Below are positions 32,701 through 44,964 of a DNA stretch of 64,000 bases, piece by piece (positions within the stretch are counted from its first letter, which is position 1; each line of letters opens with the position of its first letter). The stretch comes from Macrostomum hystrix (lineage: Eukaryota; Animalia; Platyhelminthes). The stretch is from contig CATNEN010000039.1 of the NCBI GenBank assembly GCA_950097015.1, positions 20,460,001-20,524,000 of the forward strand, read 5' to 3'. The notes below the pieces were generated by a model. The model was given only the letters and a program-made list of their open reading frames with translations. It ran no database searches and had not been told where the DNA came from. A program made the position numbers and the translations under genes.

Positions 32701-35700
32701 AGCCAGGGCTATTTAATCCAGGTAGCCAGGGCTAATTAATCTCGGTAGCCAGGGCTAGTTAATCCAGGTAGCCAGGGCTAATGAATCTCGGTAGCCAGCG
32801 CTAATTAATCTCGGTAGCCAGGGCTAATTAATCTCGGTAGCCAGGGCTATTTAATCCAGGTAGCCAGGGCTAATTAATCTCGGTAGCCAGGGCTATTTAA
32901 TCCAGGTAGCCAGGGCTAATTAATCTCGGTAGCCAGGGCTAGTTAATCCAGGTAGCCAGGGCTAATGAATCTCGGTAGCCAGCGCTAATTAATCTCGGTA
33001 GCCAGGGCTAGTTAATCTCGGTAGCCAGGGCTAGTTAATCTCGGTAGCCAGGGCTAATTAATCTCGGTAGCCAGGGCTAATTAATCTCGGTAGCCAGGGC
33101 TAATTAATCTCGGTAGCCAGGGCTAATTAATCTCGGTAGCCAGGGCTAATTAATATCGGTAGCCAGGGCTATTTAATCCAGGTAGCCAGGGCTAATTAAT
33201 CTCGGTAGCCAGGGCTAATTGATCCAGGTAGCCAGGGCTAATTAATCTCGGTAGCCAGGGCTAATTAATCTCGGTAGCCAGGGCTAATTAATCTCGGTAG
33301 CCAGGGCTAATTAATCTCGGTAGCCAGGGCTAATTAATCTCGGTAGCCAGGGATATTTAATCCAGGTAGCCAGGGCTATTTAATCCAGGTAGCCAGGGCT
33401 AATTAATCTCGGTAGCCAGGGCTAATTAATCTCGGTAGCCAGGGCTAATTAATCTCGGTAGCCAGGGCTAATTAGTCTCGGTAGCCAGGGCTAATTAATC
33501 CAGGTAGCCAGGGCTATTTAATCCAGGTAGCCAGGGCTAATTAATCCAGGTAGCCAGGGATATTTAATCCAGGTAGCCAGGGCTATTTAATCCAGGTAGC
33601 CAGGGCTAATTAATCCAGGTAGCCAGGGCTAATTAATCCAGGTAGCTGGGCTAATTGATCTAGGTAGCCAGGGCTAGTTAATCTTGGTAGCCAGGGCTAA
33701 TTGATCTCGGTAGCCAGGGCTAATTGATCCAGGTAGCCAGGGCTAATTGATCTAGGTCTCTGTGTCCGGGGCTAATTAATTAGCTGCTGGTAAGTCGGGG
33801 CTAATTAATCCAGGTAGCCAGGGCTAATTAATCTAGGTAGCCAGAACTCGCAGATAGCTAAGTCAAATTAAACAGCATCAGAATGCTTACCGCCTCGCTA
33901 CCCTTGTGCTGCAGTCCAACAAGATCAACAAGCACCCTGTGCTGCTTGGTAACTAGCCAGCTGATGAGGCAGTTAGTGACACTGGGCTCCAGTTTGGTGA
34001 GAAGTCCGCGGACAGACGGTCGCTTAATTACCATCTGTAGTTTGATGTTGAGCACTGAAGCCGGATGCTCCTGACGCATGTGCAGGTACATGAAGTGCTC
34101 AATCAGCGCACCGTAATGCCGGGCTGCCTCACTGCCGGCGTCTCCGTGACTGGCGTTCCGCGATGTCGATTGGCGAACGTCGAACGAGCTATCGCTGGAG
34201 TGTTGCAGCGAGGAGTCTCTGACCAACTCGCTCCAGGACTGCACCACTGAGAAATGGAAGCAGGTGACGGCAACGGAGTGACGGCAACGGAGTGACGGGA
34301 ACGGAGTGACGGGAACGGAGTGACGGGAACGGAGTGACGGGAACGGAGTGACGGGAACGGAGTGACGGGAATCTATACAGACATCTAGCTCGTTGTAAAG
34401 TACAGTTTAATGATAAATACCTTACTGAGTTGCACCCAAGTTGTGTTTACAGTGGGAAAGCCAAACACGAATTCATAAAATTTCGAACAACAATGGAGGC
34501 CCCGCTGCAGTAAAGTGCAGGTTTCACATCGCGTGTATTGGGAAGTTTTATTACCTTGACAAGGCAGCCACAGAAGCTATACCTGCACTTTTTATTCTCT
34601 CACGAACCGCAGAATCAGACTGAATTTCATAATCTTATCAAATCCACCTAAATCCTTTATATTAATAAACTACTATTCTTACTATTATTATATTATATCC
34701 CGTACATGCCGAGCTGCGACATTTAGCTGTAAGATTAGCGCATGCCTCAGTTAACAACCGACATTTGGCTTGTTTATTAAACTTACTGAATTTTATAAAT
34801 GCTCCTCTGATTCTTACCGATCGGACTCGATCCCATTTCGTAGGCTATGATCTCCTCGTAAGAGCCGTTAACGACAGTCATCTGGAAAATAAAAAAGTTG
34901 AACAAAGGTTTACTTATAACAAGTAAATAAGATGTTTGATTTATATACCAAACAACAGAAAAAAAAATTTAGTTATTTTTTTTAAATCACTTTTTAGTAA
35001 AAAATCTAGAATCGATATAGATATTTTTTTAGTTTACTATAAAATATATAGGATTCATAATTATTAGTTGCTTTTTTACTAACGAGAAAAAATTAATTCA
35101 ATAAATGTTTTTTTATTTTTAAAATTGTGTATAAAAATTTCTTTTATTTATATTTTACATTAATTCATAAATTCTTGATGATGTTTATCAATAATATATC
35201 AATATATATTCGAAAATATAATGACAATAAAATATTTGGCGAAAATATCATAATTGATATGTTTAACTGATTTCCGTAATTGTATATATTAAATTTCGTG
35301 TACTAGTAACCAAAAAATTACTTTTTTTGCTGAAAGAAATTGTGCAAATGTGTGAATGGTTCTTTAATGTTACGCGTTATATAAGTTTCATGGAAATTTA
35401 ACGAAATTTTATTTCTGGACCTGATTGTTTACCGACGTAAATGTGACTTATTCTCGATAAAAATTCTCAAACACCTGTTTTCGAATGTTACTGAGTCTTA
35501 GAGACAATCTTTCCATTGTTCTAAAGGTGCAAATCTGACAGCTAGAAAAATGTAGAGATTGAAGTTAATTACCTTTGACAGCCGTTAAATTGAACCCTTA
35601 AATTGTGTTTTTAATTGAAACTGACAGGCTGCAGTATGTCAACGATACATTTCTTAGGTTTCCACGGAAAAGGACAGATTTGAACGTACAGTCTCCAGTT

Positions 35701-38700
35701 AGTAAGGATCTCGATTTAGTCTAAATCAAATCATGCAGCCCTTACTAACGAGAAAAAATTAATTCAATAAATGTCTCGAGCAGTTTGTAACTAGGAATAA
35801 TTTAAATTATATTCTATGACTGCTAATCAAAATAAAATCATTTTAATCATTACGATCAGTTACGAATACCAGCATCGACCATGTAATTTCTAACATTAGC
35901 TTGAAACAGTTTGGAATCGTCCAAAGACTGCGAGCTCTGTCCCAGGGCCGTGGTGATGCCGGCGGTGAACATTGAGGTGATGACTAAGCCGAAGCAAATC
36001 CACAGGAAGGCGAATAGGCGACCGCAGATGGTTTTTGGCGAGCGATCGCCGTAGCTGGTGGTTTGACAGTCGGGTCCAGATGGTTTTGAGTTGATAGTTA
36101 CGAGATTTTTTATGTTATATTATTAGAAACAAAAAGCTGCGAGAAAATATTGTAGCCTTGCAGGGGGGAGAGAAGGGGAAGAGGAGAGATCTAAAAAGGG
36201 AAAGGAGAGATCTGAAGGGGAGAGGAGAGATCTAAAAAGGGAAAGGAGAAATCTGAAGGGGAGAGGAGAGATCTAAAAAGGGAAAGGAGAGATCTGAAGG
36301 GGAGAGGAGAGATCAGAAGGGTGAGAGGAGAGATTGAAGGGGGAGAGGAGAGATCGGAAGGGGGAGAGGACAGATCGGAAGGGGGAGAGGACAGATCGGA
36401 AGGGGGAGAGGAGAGATCGGAAGGGGGAGAGGACAGATCGGAAGGGGGAGAGGAGAGATCGGAAGGGGGAGAGGAGAGATCGGAAGGGGGAGAGGAGAGA
36501 TCGGAAGGGGGGGAGGAGAGATCGGAAGGGGGAGAGGAGAGATCGGAAGGGGGAGAGGAGAGATCGGAAGGGGGAGAGGACAGATCAGAAGGAGGAGAGG
36601 AGAGATTGAAGGGGAGAGGAGAGATCGGAAGGGGGAGAGGAGAGATCGGAAGGGGGAGAGGACAGATCAGAAGGGGGAGAGGAGAGATCGGAAGGGGGAG
36701 AGGAGAGAACGGAAGGGGGAGAGGAGAGATCAGAAGGAGGAGAGGAGAGATTGAAGGGGAGAGATCGGAGTGAAAGTAGGAGTCGTATAAGGAGGAGATA
36801 AATGTTTATTGGGGGATAAGAAGACTATGTGTTGGCTACAGAAAATTTTGTTGCGCATATTGAAAAAAACCAGCCAGACACAGCTATCCCTACAAAAACT
36901 TTTTTTGCTAACTTGTTGTTTTTTCAACAGGTCCTGAAAACGTGTTAATTTTGAAACTTCCAAATCGATTCACCGCTTCCTCTAGTAGGGCCACCGAAGC
37001 AAATAAAAAGCAAAAGTAGCGCAGTGGCCTGCGTCTTGTATTTTTAGAACAGAATTTAATTAGATTTTTGTGTTTCTGAGCCAATTTCTCAAAGCTGGTA
37101 GCGAACTGGGCATAAACAGACAGTCAAGCTAAAAGTGCTCGGCAAAAAGTTTTAGTCAACTAAATCGAGTCAGTTTCGGTCAGACAGTGTTTAAGTTGGT
37201 CGAGTTGTTGAAATAAACACAATCCAATCGCTACACATCATTTTGGGAGAGTTTTGTAACAAGAAAGCTTAGAGGATTCCACAGTGGCGGCCAAGGCAAC
37301 AAGGATTTGTGGGAAACTGTTAGTAGGCCGTCGATCTATTGCAATTCTGAATGGGGATTTCTAGCTGGGAGGCGGGGAAATTATCTGAACTCTCTTTTTG
37401 GCCTCTTTTTTCGACCTCCTGTGACCTCTACGCCTCTTCTACCCTTTCTTCCAGCAGTTCCGGCAAAACTTGTTCGTAGGCGGGGCTCGCACAGAGACTG
37501 AAAGTTTCTACCACAATTTTTCCTTCATCATTTTCGCGGCTGCATCCATCTTGTCTGCCAGTTTGTTAACAATATTGAATTTCATTGCTGTAAGCATTCG
37601 GTTGGTTTAAAAAATGTGACTTTCCAGCAAGGAACTGTCAAGAAAGCTGCAATGTTTGAATCAAAGTGAGAGAATGGAGAGTTAAGTGTGAGAGAATGGG
37701 AGAGTTAAGTGGGAGAGAATGGAGAGTTAAGTGGGAGAGAATGGAGAGTTAAGTGTGAGAGAATGGTAGAGTTAAGTGGGAGAGAATGGGAGAGTTAAGT
37801 GGGAGAGAATGGAGAGTTAAGTGGGAGAGAATGGAGAGTTAAGTGGGAGAGAATGGAGAGTTAAGTGTGAGAGAATGGTAGAGTTAAGTTGGAGAGAATG
37901 GAGAGTTAAGTGGGAGAGAATGGAGAGTTAAGTGTGAGAGAATGGGAGAGTTAAGTGGGAGAGAATGGAGAGTTAAGTGGGAGAGAATGGAGAGTTAAGT
38001 GTGAGAGAATGGTAGAGTTAAGTTGGAGAGAATGGAGAGTTAAGTGGGAGAGAATGGTAGAGTTAAGTTGGAGAGAATGGGAGAGTTAAGTGGGAGAGAA
38101 TGGAGAGTTAAGTGGGAGAGAATGGAGAGTTAAGTGGGAGAGAATGGAGAGTTAAGTGTGAGAGAATGGTAGAGTTAAGTTGGAGAGAATGGAGAGTTAA
38201 GTGGGAGAGAATGGAGAGTTAAGTGTGAGAGAATGGGAGAGTTAAGTGGGAGAGAATGGAGAGTTAAGTGGGAGAGAATGGAGAGTTAAGTGTGAGAGAA
38301 TGGTAGAGTTAAGTTGGAGAGAATGGAGAGTTAAGTGGGAGAGAATGGTAGAGTTAAGTTGGAGAGAATGGAGAGTTAAGTGGGAGAGAATGGTAGAGTT
38401 AAGTGGGAGAGAATGGAGAGTTAAGTGGGAGAGAATGGAGAGTTAAGTGGGAGAGAATGGAGAGTTAAGTGGGAGTGAATGGAGAGTTAAGTGGGAGTGA
38501 ATGGGAGGGCTCTGTTGCAGGGAATCGAGGTTCTGCACTGTGACACATAAATGGGTTACCCAGGCCGAAAGTACAATATGGGATAACCGATTTCGTTAAG
38601 AACGTGACATTTGATCCCAGACGAACAACGCGCTCTCACCCAACGGTTGTCATGGTGATGAAAGCCCACCAGCAGCCCTCCCAGAAGCCGCGCAGGAACG

Positions 38701-41700
38701 GCCTGGGAAATTCTTGAGGATTTTTTAGGCGCTCCTGAAATTTATTAGGCAATGACCGATTATTAATTAGACAAGGCTACTTGTACCTACGCAAGACAAT
38801 GTCAATAGAATTTTAGATTAGGATTTTTAGAAAAAAAACTAATTATGAGAATCCTTTTAAAGAAAACTAGTTACAATAGCAAAAACTATCTCGTCGACAT
38901 GTTTCTCACGGAGAAAATGTTACGGAAGCCACGTTCTCCGCAAAATGTAGGGTTTTTTAGCAGTGTATTTTTCTGTGAAAACCAGCCTCGCAAACATTTT
39001 CTAGGAAACACAGTTTCTAAGAAACCTTCCATTTCTAGCGGTCCTACCGCATTAATTCAGCCTCGCCGTGGTTTTACAGTGTTATCCGTGCGCATCAGTT
39101 TTAAGAATCAGCTAAGCTCACCATCAGCCAGGCGATGACGCCGGCGTAGGCGCATGACACCAGAATGATGACCAGCAGAGGCCAGGCGTGTACAACGAAG
39201 TTCAGCTGCGAGATGCCAGACAGGTGCGAACGGAGGCTCGGATCCAACCAGACCGCGCCTGACAGGGATTTAGGGGATGGGCGAGGATTTGAGTTTGAAT
39301 CTCAGCCAAGGATTATTATAAAAGTGTGACCTCAAGTGTGATCTCAAGTGTGACCTCAAGTGTGACCTCCTGTGTTACCTCCTGTGTGACCTTAAGTGTG
39401 ACCTCATGTGTGACCTCCTGTGTGACCTCAAGTGTGACCTCAAGTGTGACCTCCAGTGTGACCTCCAGTGTGACGTCCAGTGTGACGTCCAGTGTGGCTT
39501 CAATTGTGACCTCCAGTGTGACCTCCAGTGTGATCTCCAGTGTGATCTCCAGTGTGATCTCCAGTGTGATCTCCAGTGTGATCTCCAGTGTGATCTTAAG
39601 TGTGTCATTCGGTTTTGGAGATATTGTGAAGCATAGGCTGTGGTATTCGAAATACCCTTATGTCTTTCTACGGTTAATAAATCCATTAGTCTCACGGTGC
39701 GTTGTTTTTGTGAAATCAAGATCCAGTACCGGTACCTCCTAGTTAAAACTGAGAAACAGTCATCTGTAATTAGCGAACCCTATAGGTCTTGAAAACATGT
39801 ATTTCAGTAAGCCTTTTTAAAGGGCTAGAACTGTGAATTTAACTGGAGTATGCTAATGACAGGCAGTCTAGACTTGTCACCTGAAAAAAGTCCAGAGTTG
39901 AGATGCGAAATATAGACTTATGCTAAATAAAACGGGCGCTATCTGACAGAAAATGACAAACTCTATCAACTATTCAATGAGAATTGAAGGAAATCTAAGT
40001 TGTGCCTGAATAAATTGATCTAAAATGAGGTGAGATAGAGATGGTGAGAATGAGAGAGTTAGAAAGATACAGGGTGAGATCGAGAATGAGAGAAAGCTGT
40101 TAAGGTGAGAGGGGAAATGATTAATGATTCTTAAAAAATTAAAATCAAGGAATATTGGGATTTTCGGAATATAGTGATTCTTGGAATATTAGGATTCTTG
40201 GAATATTGGGATTCTTGGAATATTGGGATTCTTGGAATATTGTGATTCTTGGAATATTGGGATTCTTGGAATATTGGGATTCTTGGAATATTGGGATTCT
40301 TGGAATATTGTGATTCTTGGAATATTGGGATTATTGTAATATGATGATTTTTGGAATATTGGGATTCTTGGAATCTTGGGATTCTTGACATATTGGGATT
40401 CTTGGAATATTGGGATTCTTGGAATATTGGGATTCTTGGAATATTGGGATTCTTGGAATATTGGGATTCTTGGAATATTGGGATTCTTGGAATATTGGGA
40501 TTCTTGGAATATTGGGATTCTTGGAATATTGGGATTCTTGGAATATTGAGATTCTTGGAATATTCACACTCTTGGAATATTGGGTTACTTAGAATATTTG
40601 GATTCTTCGAATATAGGGATTCTTGGAATATAGCGATTCTTGGAATATTGGGATTCTTGGAATATTGGGATTCTTGGAATATTGGGATTCTTCGAATATA
40701 GGGATTCTTCGAATATAGCGATTCTTGGAATATTGGGATTCTTGGAATATTGGGATTCTTGGAATATTGGGATTCTTCGAATATAGGGATTCTTCGAATA
40801 TAGCGATTCTTGGAATATTGGGATTCTTGGAATATTGGGATTCTTGGAATATTGGGATTTTAGGAATATTGGGTTACAATGAATAATTGGATTCCTGGAA
40901 TATTGGGATTCTTGGAATATTGGCATTCTTGGAATATTGAGATTCCTAGAATATTGGGGTTTATCATCGTGAGATATATACAAAATCTTGGGATTTCGTG
41001 AATGATAGAATAATGGTAATCCTTCAATATTTTTGGGATTTCCAAACTGTTGGGATTACAAAGATCAACTGTTGTGAATTTCTGCTTTTAAGATTAAACT
41101 GGTTTCGTGTTTCGAAAGCGATTTTGCTGCACATGGAAATAAAATGTATAATCTCCGTTTTCCGCGAAATCAACAGACTTAGTTTTATTTTCGATATATT
41201 TTGTTTTTCTTCTAATTTATAACCGATATAAATAAGGACATTTTATTTAGGGACAAAATTTCTCTAATCTGGCCGTAATCAGAGCCTTATACCGCAGAAT
41301 CGCTTGGCATTGCATATTTTAGTTTGCCCTTGCGACATAACTGAAAATACTGTCCTAAATAAGGAACCACACAAAAAATAGAAAAATGAATTGTTCTAAT
41401 CAGCAAATTCACTATACAAAGTCACTAATTTGCTAGCACTAGCAGCCACTATTGGAAATTTCCTTTCATATTTCTTTCCTCTCAGAGATTTAGAAATTTG
41501 TTCAAGCCAAAAAAACGTTTATTGACCCTCGTTCTTTGAAAGCAAAAGAAAAACTTAAACGTGGTTAATCTTTCTTACTTTAAATTTGTTTAGATTTCAG
41601 AAGAACCTGCAGTTAAAAATTCTTAGGATCAATTTAGATTATGTTAAGATAATCAATGGATTAGGGAAGATTACACTTCGATAATCTAGGGATTTGGGCG

Positions 41701-43771
41701 GATTACAGTTCGATAATCTAGGGATTTAGGTAGATTACAGTTCGATAATCTAGGGATTTGGGCGGATTACAGTTCGATAATCTAGAGATTTGGGTAGATT
41801 ACACTTCGATAATCTAGAGATTAGGGTAGATTACAGTTCGATAATCTAGAGATTAGGGTAGATTACAGTTCGATAATCTAGGGATTTTGGCGGATTACAG
41901 TTCGATAATCTAGGGATTTGGGTAGATTACAGTTCGATAATCTAGGGATTTGGGTAGATTACAGTTCGATAATCTATAGGGATTTCGGTAGTGTGGTCAG
42001 ATAATCTTGGGATTTTGGCAGAATATGGTCAGATAATCTGTGGATTTAAGTGGATTATGGTCAGATAATCTGTAGATTTAGGTAGATTATGGTCAGATAA
42101 TCTGTAGATTTAGGTAGATTATGGTCAGATAATCTGTAGATTTAGGTAGATTATGGTCAGATAATTTATGGATTTAGGTGGATTATGGACAGATAATCTG
42201 TAGATTTAGGTAGATTATATGGTCAGATAATCTGTAGATTTAGGTAGATTATGGTCAGATAATTTATGGATTTAGGTGGATTATGGACAGATAATCTGTA
42301 GATTTAGGTGGATTATGGTCAGATAATCTGTAGATTTAGGTGGATTATGGTCAGATGATCTGTTGATTTAGGTAGATTATGGTCAGATAATTTATGGATT
42401 TAGGTAGATTTTGGTCAGATAATTTATGGATTTACGTAGATTATGGTCAGATAATTTATGGATTTAGGTAGATTATGGTCAGATAATTTATGGATTTACG
42501 TAGATTATGGTCAGATAATTTATGGATTTACGTAGATTATGGTCAGATAATTTATGGATTTACGTAGATTATGGTCAGATAATTTATGGATTTAGGTAGA
42601 TTATGGTCAGATAATTTATGGATTTAGGTAGATTATGGTCAGATAATTTATGGATTTAGGTAGATTTTGGTCAGATAATTTATGGATTTAGGTAGATTAT
42701 GGTCAGATAATTTATGGATTTAGGTAGATTTTGGTCAGATAATTTATGGATTTAGGTAGATTATGGTCAGATAATTTATGGATTTAGGTAGATTATGGTC
42801 AGATAATTTATGGATTTAGGTAGATTTTGGTCAGATAATTTATGGATTTACGTAGATTATGGTCAGATAATTTATGGATTTACGTAGATTATGGTCAGAT
42901 AATTTATGGATTTAGGTAGATTATGGTCAGATAATTTATGGATTTAGGTAGATTATGGTCAGATAATTTATGGATTTACGTAGATTATGGTCAGATAATT
43001 TATGGATTTAGGTAGATTATGGTCAGATAATTTATGGATTTAGGCGGATTAGGATTAGATTCTTGTGTAATTTCAGGATTTAGTGCTCGCTACCCATTTC
43101 GCTGGTTGAACTGAACTAGTGTTAAGTGTCTTGCTAAACGACACAAAAATGGTTCCAGTGGAGTTGGGAATCGAACCTCCGACCTTCAAGTCGTGAGTCC
43201 GACGCTCTAGCCGCAATAGGCCACAATCCACGATTATTACGATGATTGTATGAATAAATAAACTTTGGATTTTGATTAAAGAGTAGAAACTCACCAGGCG
43301 TGGTTACAATGGGCAGGAATGTGTGTTCCGTAAGCAAGTCAAACAGTGCCATTTTGGTCACGGGCAAGCTGATGTTGCAGTCCCTTGTGGCACCGCTGCT
43401 CAGCAAGTGGCTCTCGCTACTGAACTGACGATAACGCAGGCCGGCCTTGGAGCCGCAATGTCCTAGGCCGACTCTGGCCAGGTCCCAGAATACGCCATGC
43501 AGTTGGTTCTGCTGCGAATCCGAGAATGGAGGATGACTGAAGTGGCAGACGATCAGCTCCGACATTGGACTAGTCGGAGATAGGCCCATCTGTCTTTCTG
43601 TCTTTACAACGATTTACCTGTCTAAACTGCCAACGATAATGATCTCTGATGTGATAAAGTTGCATAGATATATACATGCTGCAGCAGCAGCAGCAACAGC
43701 AGCAGTCGCTTCGCTATTGGCTCCTGGGTACTTGGCTGATCAGCATTCTCGGAAACTGTTAAGCTTGTAGC
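29773..43771 (-). CDS. iGluR-topology ligand-gated channel with a K+-channel selectivity filter (GluR0/AvGluR1-like: S1-M1-P[TTVGYGD]-M3-S2-M4-cytoplasmic tail), ~590 aa
   Basis: Exons on the minus strand: 43771-43676 (tentative, contains a poly-Leu signal), 43589-43295, 39258-39122, 38734-38640, 36054-35895, 34881-34818, 34246-33891, 30987-30828, 30188-29773, total 1779 nt with all phases consistent. S1 HPPF..HGVFWDL..TFLP; M1 WPLLVIILVSCAYAGVIAWLME; P-loop [33 protein letters not shown]; M3 GRLFAFLWICFGLVITSMFTAGITTAL; S2 start MTVVNGSYEE; third TM LHLLVLAFAFVLLFTALLCWE. Confidence 0.88.
30307..30660. mobile_element. MITE-like element with long imperfect terminal inverted repeats, last intron of the channel gene
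   Basis: gcatcgtcgagatgttcaacgattcttgt (from 30356) pairs with acaagaatcgctgaatatctcgacgatgc (to 30612) at 27/29; degenerate pairing extends about 50 bp further out. Confidence 0.7.
31005..31410 (+). repeat. 14-bp minisatellite (CCGTCACTCCGTTY) x ~28
   Basis: Direct inspection. Confidence 0.95.
31700..33845. repeat. 23-bp minisatellite (TAATTAATCTCGGTAGCCAGGGC) x ~90
   Basis: Direct inspection. Confidence 0.97.
34263..34371 (-). repeat. 14-bp minisatellite, reverse complement of the 31005-31410 array, x ~8
   Basis: gtgacgggaacgga is the reverse complement of tccgttcccgtcac. Confidence 0.93.
36163..36770. repeat. ~21-bp purine-rich minisatellite (GAGGAGAGATCGGAAGGGGGA)
   Basis: Direct inspection. 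Confidence 0.95.
37664..38505. repeat. 22-23-bp minisatellite (AAGTGGGAGAGAATGGAGAGTT)
   Basis: Direct inspection. Confidence 0.95.
39322..39605. repeat. 12-bp minisatellite (GTGTGACCTCMA)
   Basis: Direct inspection. Confidence 0.93.
40148..40960. repeat. 17-bp minisatellite (GGAATATTGGGATTCTT)
   Basis: Direct inspection. Confidence 0.95.
41665..43055. repeat. Two adjoining, related 32-bp minisatellites (GATTACAGTTCGATAATCTAGGGATTTGGGTA, then GATTATGGTCAGATAATTTATGGATTTAGGTA)
   Basis: Direct inspection; the unit switches near 41990. Confidence 0.94.
43075..43235 (-). mobile_element. tRNA-derived SINE family B fragment
   Basis: Reverse strand has A-box-like tggcctattgcggctagagcg, B-box ggttcgattcc, then gcaagacacttaac and aaatgggta motifs shared with 47118-47605. 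Confidence 0.7.
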
Positions 43772-44964
43772 CTACTGGTTAGAGCTACGGATTAGTGATT
43801 AGTGTGAGTGTGGGTGCATCCCCAGTCCATGGACTGAACAGCAGTACACAGCGACTAGAAAGCTGGTTATCGACCAAAAAATACACTACGGAGATGGAAA
43901 ATTTTAGTGTGTTTTTATTATGTCGAGTCTATAATTACACGGGCCAACTTTTTGTTGCGCACCTTCTGAAACAATAATCCAGTCGCCAGCTCTTCAGATC
44001 GTCGAGATATTCAATGGTAATGGCCGAAGGTCTGATTTCTTCCATAAGAGCTAGTGTATTTCATACACCCCTATACACGACTTTGCATCTCTGTCTTTGG
44101 TGGTCACCTACCTTTATCTAGACGGATTTGCCGGACCTTCAAGGGCTTCAACAGGTGGAAATAGGCCACTATATGAACATCTAGTCTGCCAACCAATCAG
44201 TCACCACCCAAACACACAGCAGTTAGCATTCAGGCGCTGCCAAAAAAATCACAGGGGAACTCTCCCCTTGGTATAAAAGCAGGGGGCAACCTGTCTTGGT
44301 AGTCCAACTGCCAATAAGAGTACATAAATCCAGTACCGACCAGTTGATTAAAGACAAAATGTAAAGCCACTCTACTTAAAAGCAACATGTGGCTTTGAAA
44401 TCAAGAGTCATTTCTACTACTAATATGCATGCATATAACGGCTATATTGTGAATAATAAACGAGTTCAGTTTTTTACTATTCTTTAAATGTCTCTTTTGA
44501 ATCTGATTTCAAAAGAAAATAAGAAAATTAAAGGACTGTCAGTTGCAAGTTGGAAATGACTCATTATTCAAAGGGTTGGGGCTGAAAGGATTCAGAAAAT
44601 GAGTAAGGAAATTGTAGGGAGAAGAAATTTTGTGTGGAAATGGGCGAATACCAGATAGAAGAAAATATGGATAGTGAGGGAATGAACGCTGGGACAGAGA
44701 ATGCGAAAGATAACAAGGGAAAGTGCGAGAGAGGAAGAGAAGGAGAAAAAGGGAGAAAAAGAGGGAGAGAAAGGGGAGAGAGGCGAGTTGGAGGGTAAAC
44801 TGTGAGGTAGATTTATATATTTCTGTAGTATTATTATTGTATATGTCTGCAACAGTATGTCTGTACTTTTTACATCGCATTTTACAACTTACATCTTATC
44901 TCTCTGTATGTCTGTATTATTAATAAGTTTTCATTTTCAGCATAAATAATTATTATAAGGGCGA

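Noticed and set aside
35895-39258. Ordinary Kv/KCNQ or bacterial KcsA contaminant
   Set aside because: There is no S1-S4 voltage sensor upstream, PBP-like halves and a third TM flank the pore, and the gene has spliceosomal introns.
44185-44300. CCAAT plus TATAAAAG promoter-like stretch on the plus strand
   Set aside because: No plus-strand gene lies downstream; it is probably a repeat remnant and cannot be supported from sequence alone.
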